A DNA stretch of 63,538 bases, filler included, from Octopus bimaculoides (Eukaryota): assembly GCF_001194135.2 (NCBI RefSeq). It is 6 parts of 6 records of this genome, joined end to end, with 100 filler letters (N's around TTAATTAATTAA, not from the genome) between each part and the next. Parts side by side here need not be neighbours in the genome. Positions count along the whole stretch, not along the records: positions 1 to 24,551 come from NC_068995.1; positions 24,652 to 34,153 come from NC_068998.1; 4 more parts are not named here. One strand, written 5' to 3'. The position numbers and the translations under genes are program-made. Below the pieces are notes generated by a model, which saw only the letters and a list, made by a program, of their open reading frames with translations, had not been told where the DNA came from and searched no databases. Positions 12,615 through 25,201 of this stretch are shown piece by piece; within the stretch, counting starts at the first letter, position 1; every line of letters starts with the position of its first letter.

Positions 12615-13881
12615 CTAGAAGAAAAACGGAAAAAGTAATAATTTAGATTTTAAAACTACTATCATGGCTACAAAGCTGGCATACTTTCCAACCATTTTTT
12701 AAAATTTAATATTTTTTTTTTGTGTGCATAGAATCAGTACTAAAATCAAACTATACTCTATTTCATATACCAGTTCAACAACAAAGTTGAAATAACTGAT
12801 AGCTGTCTAACACCGGGAAACACAGGATCTTCTTTAGAAGCTTCTATACTGCTCTAGATCAGTGATTTTTAACCTTTCTTTACTCATGACCTCTTTTGAA
12901 TGGGGCTTAAAGCTGTGACTTTCCCTTAGACACTATCAGTTAATATTTTACCATTTGCAATTTTTATTAGTTGTGATACATCACATAAAAAGAAAATGTT
13001 TGAAGTAGTTTAAAAAACAAATATTTCAAATAAAGTTGTGTATTAGCAAACACGAATTCCAGAAAGACAACCAAACACTAACTTTAATAATGTATACTTT
13101 AGAAAAAACAATTTCTTATAAACACAAAGTATAAGGTAGTAAACAATATGCTCAGCAGGTTAATTGTGAGCTTTGTGATGCAAAAAAAGATCACTTTTCC
13201 TTATACTATGAAGGTAATGGTAGCTTGATCTGCCAGAATTAGCAGCCAAACTCACCTGAAACCATATCCTCAGGTTTTGGGGAAGGAAAGAACATGTTGG
13301 GTAATGTAGCCCTATGAAAACCCTAAAACTGAGATCATTATGGCCACAATGCAATTTGATAGTACATCTTTCTCAATTCAGAGTTGATCAGCAGTAACAT
13401 ATTAAGGTGGTAGCTAAAGCCAAATTGAAAAACAAGAAGAATCAGTAATAATAAGGAACTACTGTAATGTTCAATATCTAAGCTATTGAATTTACCCCAA
13501 ACAATGAAATATGGCAATTATGAAACAAGGAACATACATTCTTTAGATAAAAAACACATGCACCAGATGCCAGAGCCATCTTGAGGCCATGGGAAAAACT
13601 GAGGGTGGCTACTTTGATTTGAATAAACTGTTATCTCGCAACTATAATCTAATTGATATTTTTAATTCTTTTAAAATGCTTTTATTTTTGGATGGGATAT
13701 TGTATCTTCTTTCCCTTTTATGCAATGATCACTCTGTAGAAAGCAATTTGTAGATTTCCACCAATGCAGGTCAAGTGCTTTCTGTTAGGTCAACAGAACT
13801 ACCAAAATAAAAAAAAATAGTGTAAATAATTATCTCATAATATAATAATGAGCATAGTGGTTTTATATATTTGTGTGTGTA

Positions 13882-13931
<50 letters not shown>

Positions 13932-14724
13932 NNNNNNNNNNNNNNNNNNNNNNNNNNNNNNNNNNNNNNNNNNNNNNNNNNNNNNNNNNNNNNNNNNNNN
14001 NNNNNNNNNNNNNNNNNNNNNNNNNNNNNNNNNNNNNNNNNNNNNNNNNNNNNNNNNNNNNNNNNNNNNNNNNNNNNNNNNNNNNNNNNNNNNNNNNNNN
14101 NNNNNNNNNNNNNNNNNNNNNNNNNNNNNNNNNNNNNNNNNNNNNNNNNNNNNNNNNNNNNNNNNNNNNNNNNNNNNNNNNNNNNNNNNNNNNNNNNNNN
14201 NNNNNNNNNNNNNNNNNNNNNNNNNNNNNNNNNNNNNNNNNNNNNATATGAATGAGAAAGGAAGGGGTGATAGATGAACAAGGAAGGAAAGAAGGAGTTA
14301 AAAAAAAAATCAGCATTTCAACTGTGTGTGAGTACATATGTGTGATGTTAAAAGGGAGGTGTGTGTGTGTGCAATGGAAGTGGTATGGTGAACATTCAAT
14401 GCTGAAAAGAAAAATCAAACATCGTTTCAGTTCTGTGTGAGTATATTTGTGTGCGTGTACTAGGGAAGTATGTGAAAGTTTGTATGTGTGAACCAGTGTC
14501 TTTTCAGTAACAAACGATGATCAATGTCACATCTCAAAAGACAACCACTAGATAACATTGAGAAGTGTATTAATTTGAATTACCATCCATATTTTATCTA
14601 TGTGTTACAAATAATTATTACAATTACACACATCGATACAAACATAAAACACATCAGAGAAAATAATTATTGCCTGAGGGTATCAAGAATATAAAATAAC
14701 TGCAGTTGAAAAGTATATAATAAA

Positions 14725-16176
14725 CTAGCAGTATAGCCCAGCGCTGCTCGGGATTAAGCTAGGATTATTAAGTGATCAAGTACTTTATTTCAAACCAAAA
14801 TAAGTAACATCGACATCAGATTTGAGCGAAATTCATTGAAATTGGTTTGGCTGAAAATGGTTTGCTGGCAATTTGATTGAGAAATCCCATAAGGAATCAG
14901 TTTATTGGTTATTTCCACTCATTGACTGTTTTTTTTTTTTTTTTTTAAGGTTGCATTAGATCTACATAGGAGAAGGTTGATCTGAAGGTTTGCATTGGGG
15001 ATCTGGATTGGAGTAACTTAGGAAAACTTAGCAANNNNNNNNNNNNNNNNNNNNNNNNNNNNNNNNNNNNNNNNNNNNNNNNNNNNNNNNNNNNNNNNNN
15101 NNNNNNNNNNNNNNNNNNNNNNNNNNNNNNNNNNNNNNNNNNNNNNNNNNNNNNNNNNNNNNNNNNNNNNNNNNNNNNNNNNNNNNNNNNNNNNNNNNNN
15201 NNNNNNNNNNNNNNNNNNNNNNNNNNNNNNNNNNNNNNNNNNNNNNNNNNNNNNNNNNNNNNNNNNNNNNNNNNNNNNNNNNNNNNNNNNNNNNNNNNNN
15301 NNNNNNNNNNNNNNNNNNNNNNNNNNNNNNNNNNNNNNNNNNNNNNNNNNNNNNNNNNNNNNNNNNNNNNNNNNNNNNNNNNNNNNNNNNNNNNNNNNNN
15401 NNNNNNNNNNNNNNNNNNNNNNNNNNNNNNNNNNNNNNNNNNNNNNNNNNNNNNNNNNNNNNNNNNNNNNNNNNNNNNNNNNNNNNNNNNNNNNNNNNNN
15501 NNNNNNNNNNNNNNNNNNNNNNNNNNNNNNNNNNNNNNNNNNNNNNNNNNNNNNNNNNNNNNNNNNNNNNNNNNNNNNNNNNNNNNNNNNNNNNNNNNNN
15601 NNNNNNNNNNNNNNNNNNNNNNNNNNNNNNNNNNNNNNNNNNNNNNNNNNNNNNNNNNNNNNNNNNNNNNNNNNNNNNNNNNNNNNNNNNNNNNNNNNNN
15701 NNNNNNNNNNNNNNNNNNNNNNNNNNNNNNNNNNNNNNNNNNNNNNNNNNNNNNNNNNNNNNNNNNNNNNNNNNNNNNNNNNNNNNNNNNNNNNNNNNNN
15801 NNNNNNNNNNNNNNNNNNNNNNNNNNNNNNNNNNNNNNNNNNNNNTTTTCTTTTCTTTTTTTTTTCTTAGACACTAGCAAACACTCTGTATCTCCCCCCT
15901 GTCAGAAACACAGTATTTTTTTCTCTCTCTCTCTCTCTCTTCTTCACGCGCGTACGCAGTTTGACTTCACCATGTCAACAAACTTCAAAATTGCTAAAAG
16001 TTATGGTTGAAAATCGATTTTTATAGCTATACGCGGGTACCTCTGAGAGAAAAAGTTGACGAAAATGCAGATAGGGTCATGACAAATCTCCTCCTAAAAA
16101 TTGGAGCGACATGCGTGCTAATTTGTGGATGTGCATAAAGTACAATCACATACACACACATCTCACCTTTTATAGA
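14725..16176 (-). mobile_element. non-autonomous Helitron (interrupted by an N gap)
   Basis: The minus strand starts A|TCTATAAAAGG plus (TG)-rich sequence and ends with hairpin cccgagcagcgctggg..ctatactgCTAG|T. These are canonical TC...CTRR ends in an AT target with no TSD. Confidence 0.75.
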
Positions 16177-16330
16177 TATACGGATGCACATTTAACAGTT
16201 CATACATGAGCCTAATTTATTTATATTAAGAAATCTATACAAATTTTAAATAGGAATTTTTTACATCAACTATATGTCATGGACTGCTTTTTGAGGCTTG
16301 TATGAGTTTAGGTTGGTTTCAGTAATGGAG

Positions 16331-16619
16331 AGTATAATTGAAAGGAAATGTCGTTTCGAAAAAGTTGGTATTTACTTGCCAGCTCCCATATTTAGTCAAG
16401 GCCAGCTTTATGTGGCCTTAAGTCATACAAGAAGGAAGGAAAAACCTTTAAAATTTGTTTGAAGGAAACAAGCAGGCAAGGGATGTTACTTGCAGATACA
16501 TTTTTCACAAAAAAATTTTGTAATAAAAGAATTATTAAACTAAAAACTTGGTTTTGTACCTTATTTATATATAAAATACTACAATTAGCCATCATTTTTA
16601 ATGGCACAGGGTCAGCTAG
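16331..16619 (+). mobile_element. Helitron 3' remnant: PIF1-like helicase C-terminus and 3' end
   Basis: FEKVGIYLPAPIFSQGQLYVALS and, after a frameshift, TKNFVIKELLN* (16543); then hairpin gccat-N8-atggc and CTAG|T at 16616-16620. Confidence 0.85.
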
Positions 16620-17107
16620 TTTATAATATAAACATGAAATATTTCGATTAATCTTTGTGTAGTTACTTTTTTCAAACATTGATTCATTTGTATTTAGTGC
16701 TTCATTTTTACTATTTTCTTTATTCCCTAATTCAACACATTTGTCACAAATAGTTAATTTAAGTGTTATCTCTGAAAAGATTGCTTCATCATCCATCACT
16801 TTTAAAATACATAATTATCTGGTTCATGGCATTAAAACAAAGTCTTTAGATTTTCAATTCAATTATATGCATGCTGAATACAAATACAATGACTCATGCT
16901 AGAGCAACTGTACTCAATGATACAATGTAGGAAAGATGTTTATAACAAATCAAAATGCTTTTTTTCTGCCCAAAGGTCAATAAAAGAAAATAATTCCAAT
17001 GACTAGTATATTAGCTCACAAAATAAGTGTTATATAAGCTATATTGTCCTTGACATAAGAAATGGACATCATTAGACTTTAAATGTTTTAAGATGGTAGA
17101 AATATAC

Positions 17108-17227
17108 CTCAATTTTACTTTTGCGCTTCTGAAAAATAGGTGTTACTTTTTCATCAATGTGATTAACTGGAGATATTCCTGTGTCTTCTTTAATTATTTC
17201 TGTTAATTCATCCAAATGCTCGACATT
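17108..17227 (-). CDS. Myb: Myb exon: NVEHLDELTEIIKEDTGISPVNHIDEKVTPIFQKRKSKIE
   Basis: Acceptor ttttcttttaattAG and donor GTatat; 120 nt, phase 0 to 0, only one open frame. HLDELTEIIKED parallels c-Myb HLVEDLQDVIKQE and B-Myb HLEEDLKEVLRSE, which follow GPLK. Confidence 0.82.
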
Positions 17228-17574
17228 CTAATTAAAAGAAAATAATTATTGAAAAAAATATAGTTACTGAGGACCTCTATAAACTATTTACAGTTTGCCG
17301 ACATTTAATAACATTACCAATTTATAACCAGTTTCACAAGGTTTATCATACGTATGGCCATCATCTCTTAGTGTAAAAAATGACAATTTCCTGAAAAGCC
17401 CTTAATATAAAATAAACCCTTTCTCAAACACTGAGAGCATAATTCTAACAGAAAATACTTCCTTTTTGTATCAAGTGTTTCTTTTTTAGGTATGTCAACC
17501 TTCTGCTGCTATATTTCTAACTAAAACTATTAATGCATTTTAAATACTTAGCTTCATTTTATTAATATATTAAC

Positions 17575-17800
17575 CCTCAGTTAAATGACAGAATCATTAG
17601 CACAATGGACAAAATGCATAGAGGCATTTCTTCCAATTTAATATTCTGAGTTCAAATTCCACCATGGTTAACTTTGCTTTTCATCCTTCTGGGAGTCAAT
17701 AAAATAAGTACCATTTGTAAACTGGGGTCAATGTAAGACTCTCGCCCCATTCACTCCCAAACTGCTGGCCTTTTGTGCCAAAACTTGAAATCAATATTAA
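17575..17800 (+). mobile_element. second tRNA-derived SINE family
   Basis: ctgagttcaaattcc B-box-like motif and aaaataagtacca..ctggggtcaatgtaa; homologous to 30440-30650. Confidence 0.6.
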
Positions 17801-19472
17801 CCCTCTCAGACCCAGGTTCCTTCACCTGGGCTCCTGAGCAAAAAAAAAAATAGCTGTATGCAGAGCTCAAGAGTAATGATGGCAGAGTCACAGAATCACA
17901 AAAATAAAGAGAGAGAATAACAGGCCTATCATATTATTTGTTCACCTGAATCGCTACTTTCCTCATCACCTCTACCAGTCTGATTGTCCAAATCATTCTC
18001 ATTGTCTCTGTAAGGGTAAACTCTTTGCCCAAAGAATAAATATCATCAATAATTTCACCACATGCTTGTTTCATCACTAAGACATGTGTTTTTTTTTTCT
18101 AATTATATTCAAAAGCTATGAGTGATGCCATTAACAATGAGAAACACACTTGACTAAAAGCTGCAACATGATTATTGTATAATTTTATTATTTTATTTTA
18201 TTTTTCTACATGTGTTGATCATTACTCCTTTAGCAGGAATCCAGTAGAGGATTAAGTTTAGGCTATTCCTGCTATACCAGGAACATGGCAGGATAGGATT
18301 AAAGCAGTACTTGGAACACAATTTAACAAAAGGTACTTTCACAAACACAAAGTATAGGTTTTGTCTCAAAACTGCTCCAAAGTACAGGCAAAAACAGTAA
18401 AATATGAAGTTGTATAAATGTTGGTTAAATATCACCACATAAAAATGAGTTACTCAGAAGATATAAATTACAGAGTTACAGTATAGGACTTTACTCTTTT
18501 AGTAAAATTTCTCTTAAGACTTTCTCACTGTTAGACCTCTGAGATATAGTGAAAACAAATTAAACCCAGTTTCAAAAGCTTTTCATATCCTTAAAAACAT
18601 GGAAAAATCCCATTTGATATTCTCTTGTACTACAATATAATTAGTTCAACAACAGCATATATTTTGGTCAATGCCTGGTTAGGTTTTCTCCAAGCTAGGG
18701 ATACACATGTATCATGTTTCAGAAACACTGCTCTAAAAACTATTTCATCATTCAACATTCCACCAGCAAAATATACTGATAAAAATTGAAGTTTTGAAAA
18801 CTTTCATCTTTTGAAAAATACATGGAATATTCCATTCAATATTCCCTGCTGCTGCAATAACAACAGCAGCAGCAGTAGTGGTGACAAGAACAACAGTAAC
18901 AAAAAGTTTTTCTCTACATTTATCTCAGAAGTGACTTCATGATTGGTCATAGTGGGCTCTCCCTTTGGCACATCACCTTTTCTGTACTCCCCAATCAGTT
19001 TATCACACTGCCAAATGGTCCAATATATTCATTACCCTCATATACCTCTTTTAGTACTATTATTGGTAATAATATAGCAAATCACTCACTCTCGATTGGT
19101 GCTTCTTTATTACTGACAGCAAAAGGATGATAGATTAAATGACCTCAGAGAATAATTTATCAAAATACTTGAAGAGAATAACAAAATGCTGCATTTGAAT
19201 AACCATTGAATTCAGAGTTGCATTTACTAAATCTGAAGCTAAATAAAAGGATTTGAAAAATACCACAGAGGTTCTGATTTAAGACAATATTTTGATTAAA
19301 TCCAGCAAATTTTGAGAAATTTGCTAGCATAGGCATTTAAGGTGTTTCGTTAGCAAATGAGTTAATGAATATAAATAATTAGTTAATGAGACAGTATAAA
19401 TAATTATCAAAGTAAAAATAAAAATACTAAAATTGTAAAGTAGGGATAAAAATTATGAAGAGCAAAGCTTAC

Positions 19473-19599
19473 AGATTTAATTGGTCCATTACGCTTCTCC
19501 ACTTCTGCCAAGGCATTTTTGAATGGTGTTGGTGTACGTGGTTTAGTATCTAAAACATCTCTACAGATTACTGGAGTCTTCTGAAGAGATTTACACTCA
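19473..19599 (-). CDS. Myb: MYB-family transcription factor exon, conserved C-terminal region: ECKSLQKTPVICRDVLDTKPRTPTPFKNALAEVEKRNGPIKS
   Basis: Acceptor ttcttatctacAG and donor GTaagc; 127 nt, phase 2 to 0, open frame. PRTPTPFKNAL..GPIK matches the vertebrate Myb motif (c-Myb PRTPTPFKHAL..YGPLK; B-Myb TPTPFKNALEKYGPLK). Confidence 0.9.
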
Positions 19600-20177
19600 C
19601 TGTAGATAAGAATTAAAAAAAGGAAACTTTGAATCTAGTTCATAAATTGTTCATTTACCAAGAGTTCCACAACTGTACTGAACCTCCCATTAACACAATG
19701 TATGAAATTATGCAGAACAATAAATTCCCCAAATAATAGCATCATAAGGTATTTGAGATGTTGTTATTGTAAAGTTTTCCATTGTCTAGGAAGTTTTTTT
19801 TTCTACTCCTCTTTAATGCATTTATTATGTAAATAAACAGAGACAGTGAATAAGAAAAAAAGAAAATCATATATGAAAATCACTTTATTACCTGCTAAAT
19901 CCATGATAAAATATTTAGGAGGAAAAATAAAATAAATCTTAATTTTACACCACATGACAGATAAAGAATACCTGTTTATAATGTGGTAATCACATAGTAA
20001 GAAAAATATGCATAACAAACAGTTAAAAGATTTTCAAGCAGTAGAAAATCATTTTTACATTAAAAATATTAAAGTCAGCATTAAAGCCTGTAAGCATACA
20101 GACCAATTGTTGTTTGTTTATATGTGAAAATAGAAAGAATGTAAATAAACAAAAAAAAGTGTGTTTATAGGCTTTAA

Positions 20178-20397
20178 CCCTTTAGCATTCAGATTACTCT
20201 GTCAAGTGTAATGCTTATTTATTCATACTGTTTAGAATTAATCATGAATTATTCTGTAGCTTCGAAATTTTAATTATATGCTTGTAGATTTTTAGAATGA
20301 TATTGTAGAGCAGGTGAGTGAAGCTGGATCTGGCCAGTCTAAATATGAAACAGGTAGAATATTAGGGCTGGAGATGGCTGGTTTAAATGCTAAAGAG
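20178..20397. mobile_element. piggyBac-like MITE
   Basis: TTAA-CCCTTTAGCATT ... AATGCTAAAGAG-TTAA. Confidence 0.7.
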
Positions 20398-21584
20398 TTA
20401 AGTCTTCCATTTCAGATCTTCTAAGTTTTTACATAAGAAATTCAGAAGCTTATTTTAAATTATCACACACAAGTGTTTGATTGATAGATGCACTTTCTTC
20501 AATGGATTTTTTTTAGAAAATTTCCTTAAAGCTGCTTTGTTTCATAAAGTTCTATTTTGTAATGATCATTGCATTTTAAGCATATTTGGTTACATAACTT
20601 GTTGCATTTAGAAACTTGGATTCTGTTCAAAATAATAAAGAACCGATTCTGTACACAACTGAATTGAGTATTAGACTAAGACACCATTCAGTTGTTTCAT
20701 TTCCATCATCATCTTCATTGTAACAAATTGCTGCATCTCAGTTTTTAGAATTAACCACAATGCTAATAAAACTAAAAAGTTGTGTTAAAAGATTGACAAG
20801 TTAAACAAAAGTTCATGCAATAGCAAATGTAAAGAATGCATTCTTCATTGCAAATTGGTGTTGCAAGTCATCCAAAAAGCCTTTTCTATAGATATTTTCA
20901 TAAGATTATTTCTATAGTGGCATTTGAAATCCTGGATAATTTCCTAGTCCATTAGTTGTCAGAAAGGAGTGGCCTTGAGTGGTAAATAGCACAAAACTAA
21001 GTTTTATTGGCCACATGCATATTCAAACTATCAATTACTGTAAAAATTCATGTAATTTATATGCTTTTTTTTTTTTTTTTTCAAAAACAAAAATGAACTT
21101 ACATAGGTAGATCATTTCCAGAATTCTTTTAGAATTTTTTTTTTGTTGAAAAATGACATACAAATGTAAACATTCATACTGGAAGTTGACTCATTTAATG
21201 TCAGAATAAGCTTTTACAGAAAAAATATAATGAAGATGACTTTGATTTATGCTGGATGGTATAATGCTTACCTTTTCTATATAAATTTACTAAAACCATT
21301 AAATGGTTAACTACTTTTTGAAGTTTGATGTTCATGCTGGTAAACATGGTCTGGGCCATATTTTACATTGCTTGGAGTTTCTACCTATCGCAATGGAGCC
21401 CAACAATTTCCTTACATAGATCAGTTTTTCTCTGTTTAAAAAGTCTAGTTTGCGTTTGCCTCCAAGAAACTACTGCTCACTTCCTCTGCATTAGGATAAT
21501 GAAATTCATCATCGCCAACATCACCAACGACAACATCATAATTCATCCTTGCATGTGTAAACTCACTAAGTGAATATGACTTAG

Positions 21585-21760
21585 GGTTCTCTACACTCTC
21601 TGAGTGGTTGGCGTTAGGAAGGGCATCCAGCTGTAGAAACTCTGCCAAATTAGACTGGAGCCTGGTGTTGCCATCCGGTTTCACCAGTCCTCAGTCAAAT
21701 CGTCCAACCCATGCTAGCATGGAAAGCGGACGTTAAACGATGATGATGATGATGATGATG
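21585..21760 (+). mobile_element. RTE tail copy with (GAT)n
   Basis: gagtggttggcgttaggaagggcatccagc...ccaacccatgctagcatggaaagcggacgttaaacga(tga)n. Confidence 0.85.
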
Positions 21761-23189
21761 TTCCTACAGAAACCTTCATTTATCTTATACGATGTTCAAT
21801 GTCGTTTCACATTCATAATGAATTATGCAGCAATCTTATGTTCTCTTCATAGAACACTTGTAATGTATGTATTACCAGTTCTTTTGTTATAGTAGAATTT
21901 TGCTATTCTTGTTTATGTGCATATTCTAACAAGAGATGTGCATATTCTAACAAGTCCCTTCTTAAATTTCGCACCTCTCTTGTTCAATAAACACTAAGTT
22001 AAACTTGCAAAGCTGTTTATTTTCTCCTTTAGATCTTTAATGTTTATTTTACAGGTTACCAAACTATCAGTTTGGTCTCCCGGCTAAAGCGTTAATGACA
22101 AATTTTAAAGTTTGCATGACATTTTGCATGACATTTTCGATACTCCTTATCAACGGTTCCGACAAGAATAAGCAGAAAATCAGAACTTGAGACCGGAAAA
22201 CACTTTCAAATTCTGTTTACATAATCAGTTTGATCAGTCACCTTCTTGTGTCGGTTGAGTAAAGTGTCATCCAAACTGATGTTTATTGGTAATTAAACTT
22301 ATTTTGCAATACTTGTGCATATTTATCAACTGTGTTTTCGCTGATAAGAATTATCAACAACTTTTCCTGTGATCGTGATTTGAGAAGACATACAGAAGTA
22401 TACTAAAGATCGAACATAATCTCTTGTCGGCAAGAAATGTAAAAATAAAGTTTATTATAAACAACACAAACACTTCGTAATTTAATAGCTTTCAATGTGA
22501 TACCTGTTAAACAGTATTTATTTTTATTTAATGAAAATTTAATAAAATCTAACCATAAGCAAGTGAAATTATGCTAAATACAACTAAATTGGAAACCTTT
22601 TCCCCTTGGCCATATCGGCAATTCTGAAAACTTTTGGGAGTGAATTTTACATAAGTAGAAGCATTTTTTTTAACAATTTTTATCCTGAAAAATCACCTGC
22701 GTAAATTACATGGGTTTTTACGGTATTCTTTAGTATGCTTAAACCACATGCCCTTGCTTCATTGCAATTTATCAAACTTTATATTAGTAAGCATTTCTAT
22801 TAATGGCTAATTTCACAAAGGCAGTATGTATTTGATCAGATGTAGGATTATATTCATTGTGAGCCAGTTGATTTTTATTTTTTACTAGCAATGTCCAACT
22901 TTGTTATTTCACAATGCATCTTAAATATGGTCAAGGAACCATCTGAGAAAACAATGAAGCTTTCAAATACATTTTTTCTTCAAGTCTTAGCTTTGGTTAA
23001 AATCAAAAGCTGAGACATAGAAACATAGATATACCCACTGATCACACGAAAAACCCACTTATGTCATGTTTTATCACCAGTTTTATCATGCAAACTTCTA
23101 TTTTATTATTAGGTTCAGAATAATCAACAGAATATAAATTTTTTGTTTTGGTTTATGTCACATGAAGTCAATAATATAAACTTTTATAT

Positions 23190-23670
23190 CATCATTTAAC
23201 ATCCATTGTCCATGCTGCCATGGGTTGGACAGTTTGACCAAGGCTGGTAAGCTGGAAGGCTGCACCAGACTCCAGTCTGATTTGGCATTGTTTACTATGG
23301 CTGGATGCTCTTCCTAACGTCAACCACTCTGAGAGGGTAATGGGTGCTTTTATGCACCACTAGCATGGGTACCATTTGTGTGACATCAGTATCTGCCGTG
23401 ACTGTGATTTTCATCAGCTCGATGGGTCTTCTTCTCAAGCACAAAAATGCCAGAGGCCTCAGTCATTGCCTCTGTGATGCCCAACACTCAAAAGGAACTC
23501 AGCTACTTTGCCTCCCTGAGGCACCCAACGCTTGAAAGGAACTCAGTCACTTTGCCTCCGTAGGGCCCAATGTTGGAAAGGTGCTTTTTATGTGCTACCA
23601 GCATGGGTGCCAGTTACATGACACCAGCATCAACCATGACTACAAATTCACTTGGCTTGACGAGTCTTAT
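23190..23670 (-). mobile_element. RTE-tail element with 3' UTR repeats
   Basis: Reverse complement of the same tail (catgggttggacagtttgac..ggctggatgctcttcctaacgtcaaccac). Confidence 0.7.
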
Positions 23671-23794
23671 CTCATTCTATTTTCTTAATGATGTGTAGTT
23701 TACCATCACTATTTTTTACTGTTTTCATTTCTTTCTTTTTCCCAGTAACTTTCAACTTAGCAATGAAATATTTCCCAAGCTATTAAAATGGATT

Positions 23795-24050
23795 CAGTTC
23801 TATATTTAAGAGATGAGCAATTATGTACATTATTTACAATTAGCGGATATTTGTCCTCATCTTGTTTGTTGTTAACACAACGTTTTGGCTGATATACCTC
23901 TTGGGGAAATTTTGAACCTGGGTTCTCATTCCTCCCAAGACACCTGATGAAGGCTGGAGGGTATACTAGCTGAAACGTTGTGTTAACAACAAACAAGATG
24001 AGGACAAATATCTGTCAACTGTAAATAATGTAAATAATGTAAATAATGTA
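23795..24050. mobile_element. inverted pair of Penelope-like terminal repeats
   Basis: 23820-23890 is the reverse complement of 23972-24045 (gaaacgttgtgttaacaacaaacaagatgaggacaaatatc). Hammerhead motif present; a related piece lies at about 39010-39065. Confidence 0.65.
23939..23984 (+). ncRNA. minimal type I hammerhead ribozyme motif
   Basis: Stem I gacac/gtgtt; core CTGATGA plus an extra A; stem II ggctgg/ctagct; GAA; palindromic stem III ACGT; predicted cleavage after GTT (23979). Confidence 0.65.
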
Positions 24051-24249
24051 TTAAAACGGATGTAAACAAGCCGATGCACTGCCAGCAGTTTTCTAAACTG
24101 TTTCACAATTTTAAAAAGTGCTGCTAATCTAAGTTTTAGATTATTCTAGAAGTTTACGGTATGTTAAAAGTATAAAATCCATTGACATAGGTAGAGAGTA
24201 GTATAACTTTGGCTTTTGGTGTAAAATCTCCTACAAAAAAAAGAATTTA

Positions 24250-24420
24250 AGGCGCAGGAGTGGCTGTGTGGTAAGTAGCTTGCTTACCAACCACATGGTT
24301 CCGGGTTCAGTCCCACTGCATGGCACCTTGGGCAAGTGTCTTCTACTATAGCCTCGGGCCGACCAAAGCCTTGTGAGTGGATTTGGTAGACAGAAACTGA
24401 AAGAAGCCCGTCGTATATAT
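24250..24420 (+). mobile_element. CORE-type SINE, head half only
   Basis: ggcgcaggagtggctgtgtggtaagtagcttg..gggttcagtccc..ccttgggcaagtgtc, ending in (TA)-rich sequence. Confidence 0.85.
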
Positions 24421-24551
24421 GTATATGTATATATATATATCATAAATATACAGGGATTAGCATTGAGTTGCTTCTTCAACATACTGAAAATTTAGAAATA
24501 GCAGTCAAAGAACTACTGATTCTAAACTACAAATTTTTCTCTAAACGGATG

Positions 24552-24651
24552 NNNNNNNNNNNNNNNNNNNNNNNNNNNNNNNNNNNNNNNNNNNNTTAAT
24601 TAATTAANNNNNNNNNNNNNNNNNNNNNNNNNNNNNNNNNNNNNNNNNNNN
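24552..24651. other. artificial scaffold spacer 44N-TTAATTAATTAA-44N (also 34154-34253, 38280-38379, 59080-59179, 61958-62057)
   Basis: Five identical 100-nt blocks; the 12-mer is palindromic and places stop codons in all six frames. Confidence 0.9.
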
Positions 24652-24698
<47 letters not shown>

Positions 24699-24834
24699 GT
24701 ATGTATTTATGTTTGTATTATGTATGTATTTGCATATATGAATGTATGTTAGCATTGTTAATACTCGATAGATCTGAATACGTGTTGGCATGTGAGTATA
24801 TCTGTGTGTTTATATGTATAGGTATATACATTTA

Positions 24835-24879
<45 letters not shown>

Positions 24880-25170
24880 TCACACGTGTATGTCACATCC
24901 TTTAATGTCAGAGAAGGCTTTTTAAATGGTNNNNNNNNNNNNNNNNNNNNNNNNNNNNNNNNNNNNNNNNNNNNNGGGTGATTAAGGAGAAGGGAGAGGA
25001 GAGGGCTTAACGCGCAGAAATTTTAACGTTATTATCAACAACGCGAGAACAACACCAACAACGGCAGCTACAACTACGTCACCACCACCACCACCACCAC
25101 CACCACCACTACCATGAGCATGATCACCATCATTATCATCACAATCATCATCATCATCTTCATCACCACC

Positions 25171-25201
<31 letters not shown>

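Noticed and set aside
13256-13322. Candidate exon GFHRATLPNMFFPSPKPEDMVS with strong donor cagGTgagt
   Set aside because: 67 nt would shift the frame between two phase-0 Myb exons and there is no homology. It would need RNA evidence to be considered a poison exon.
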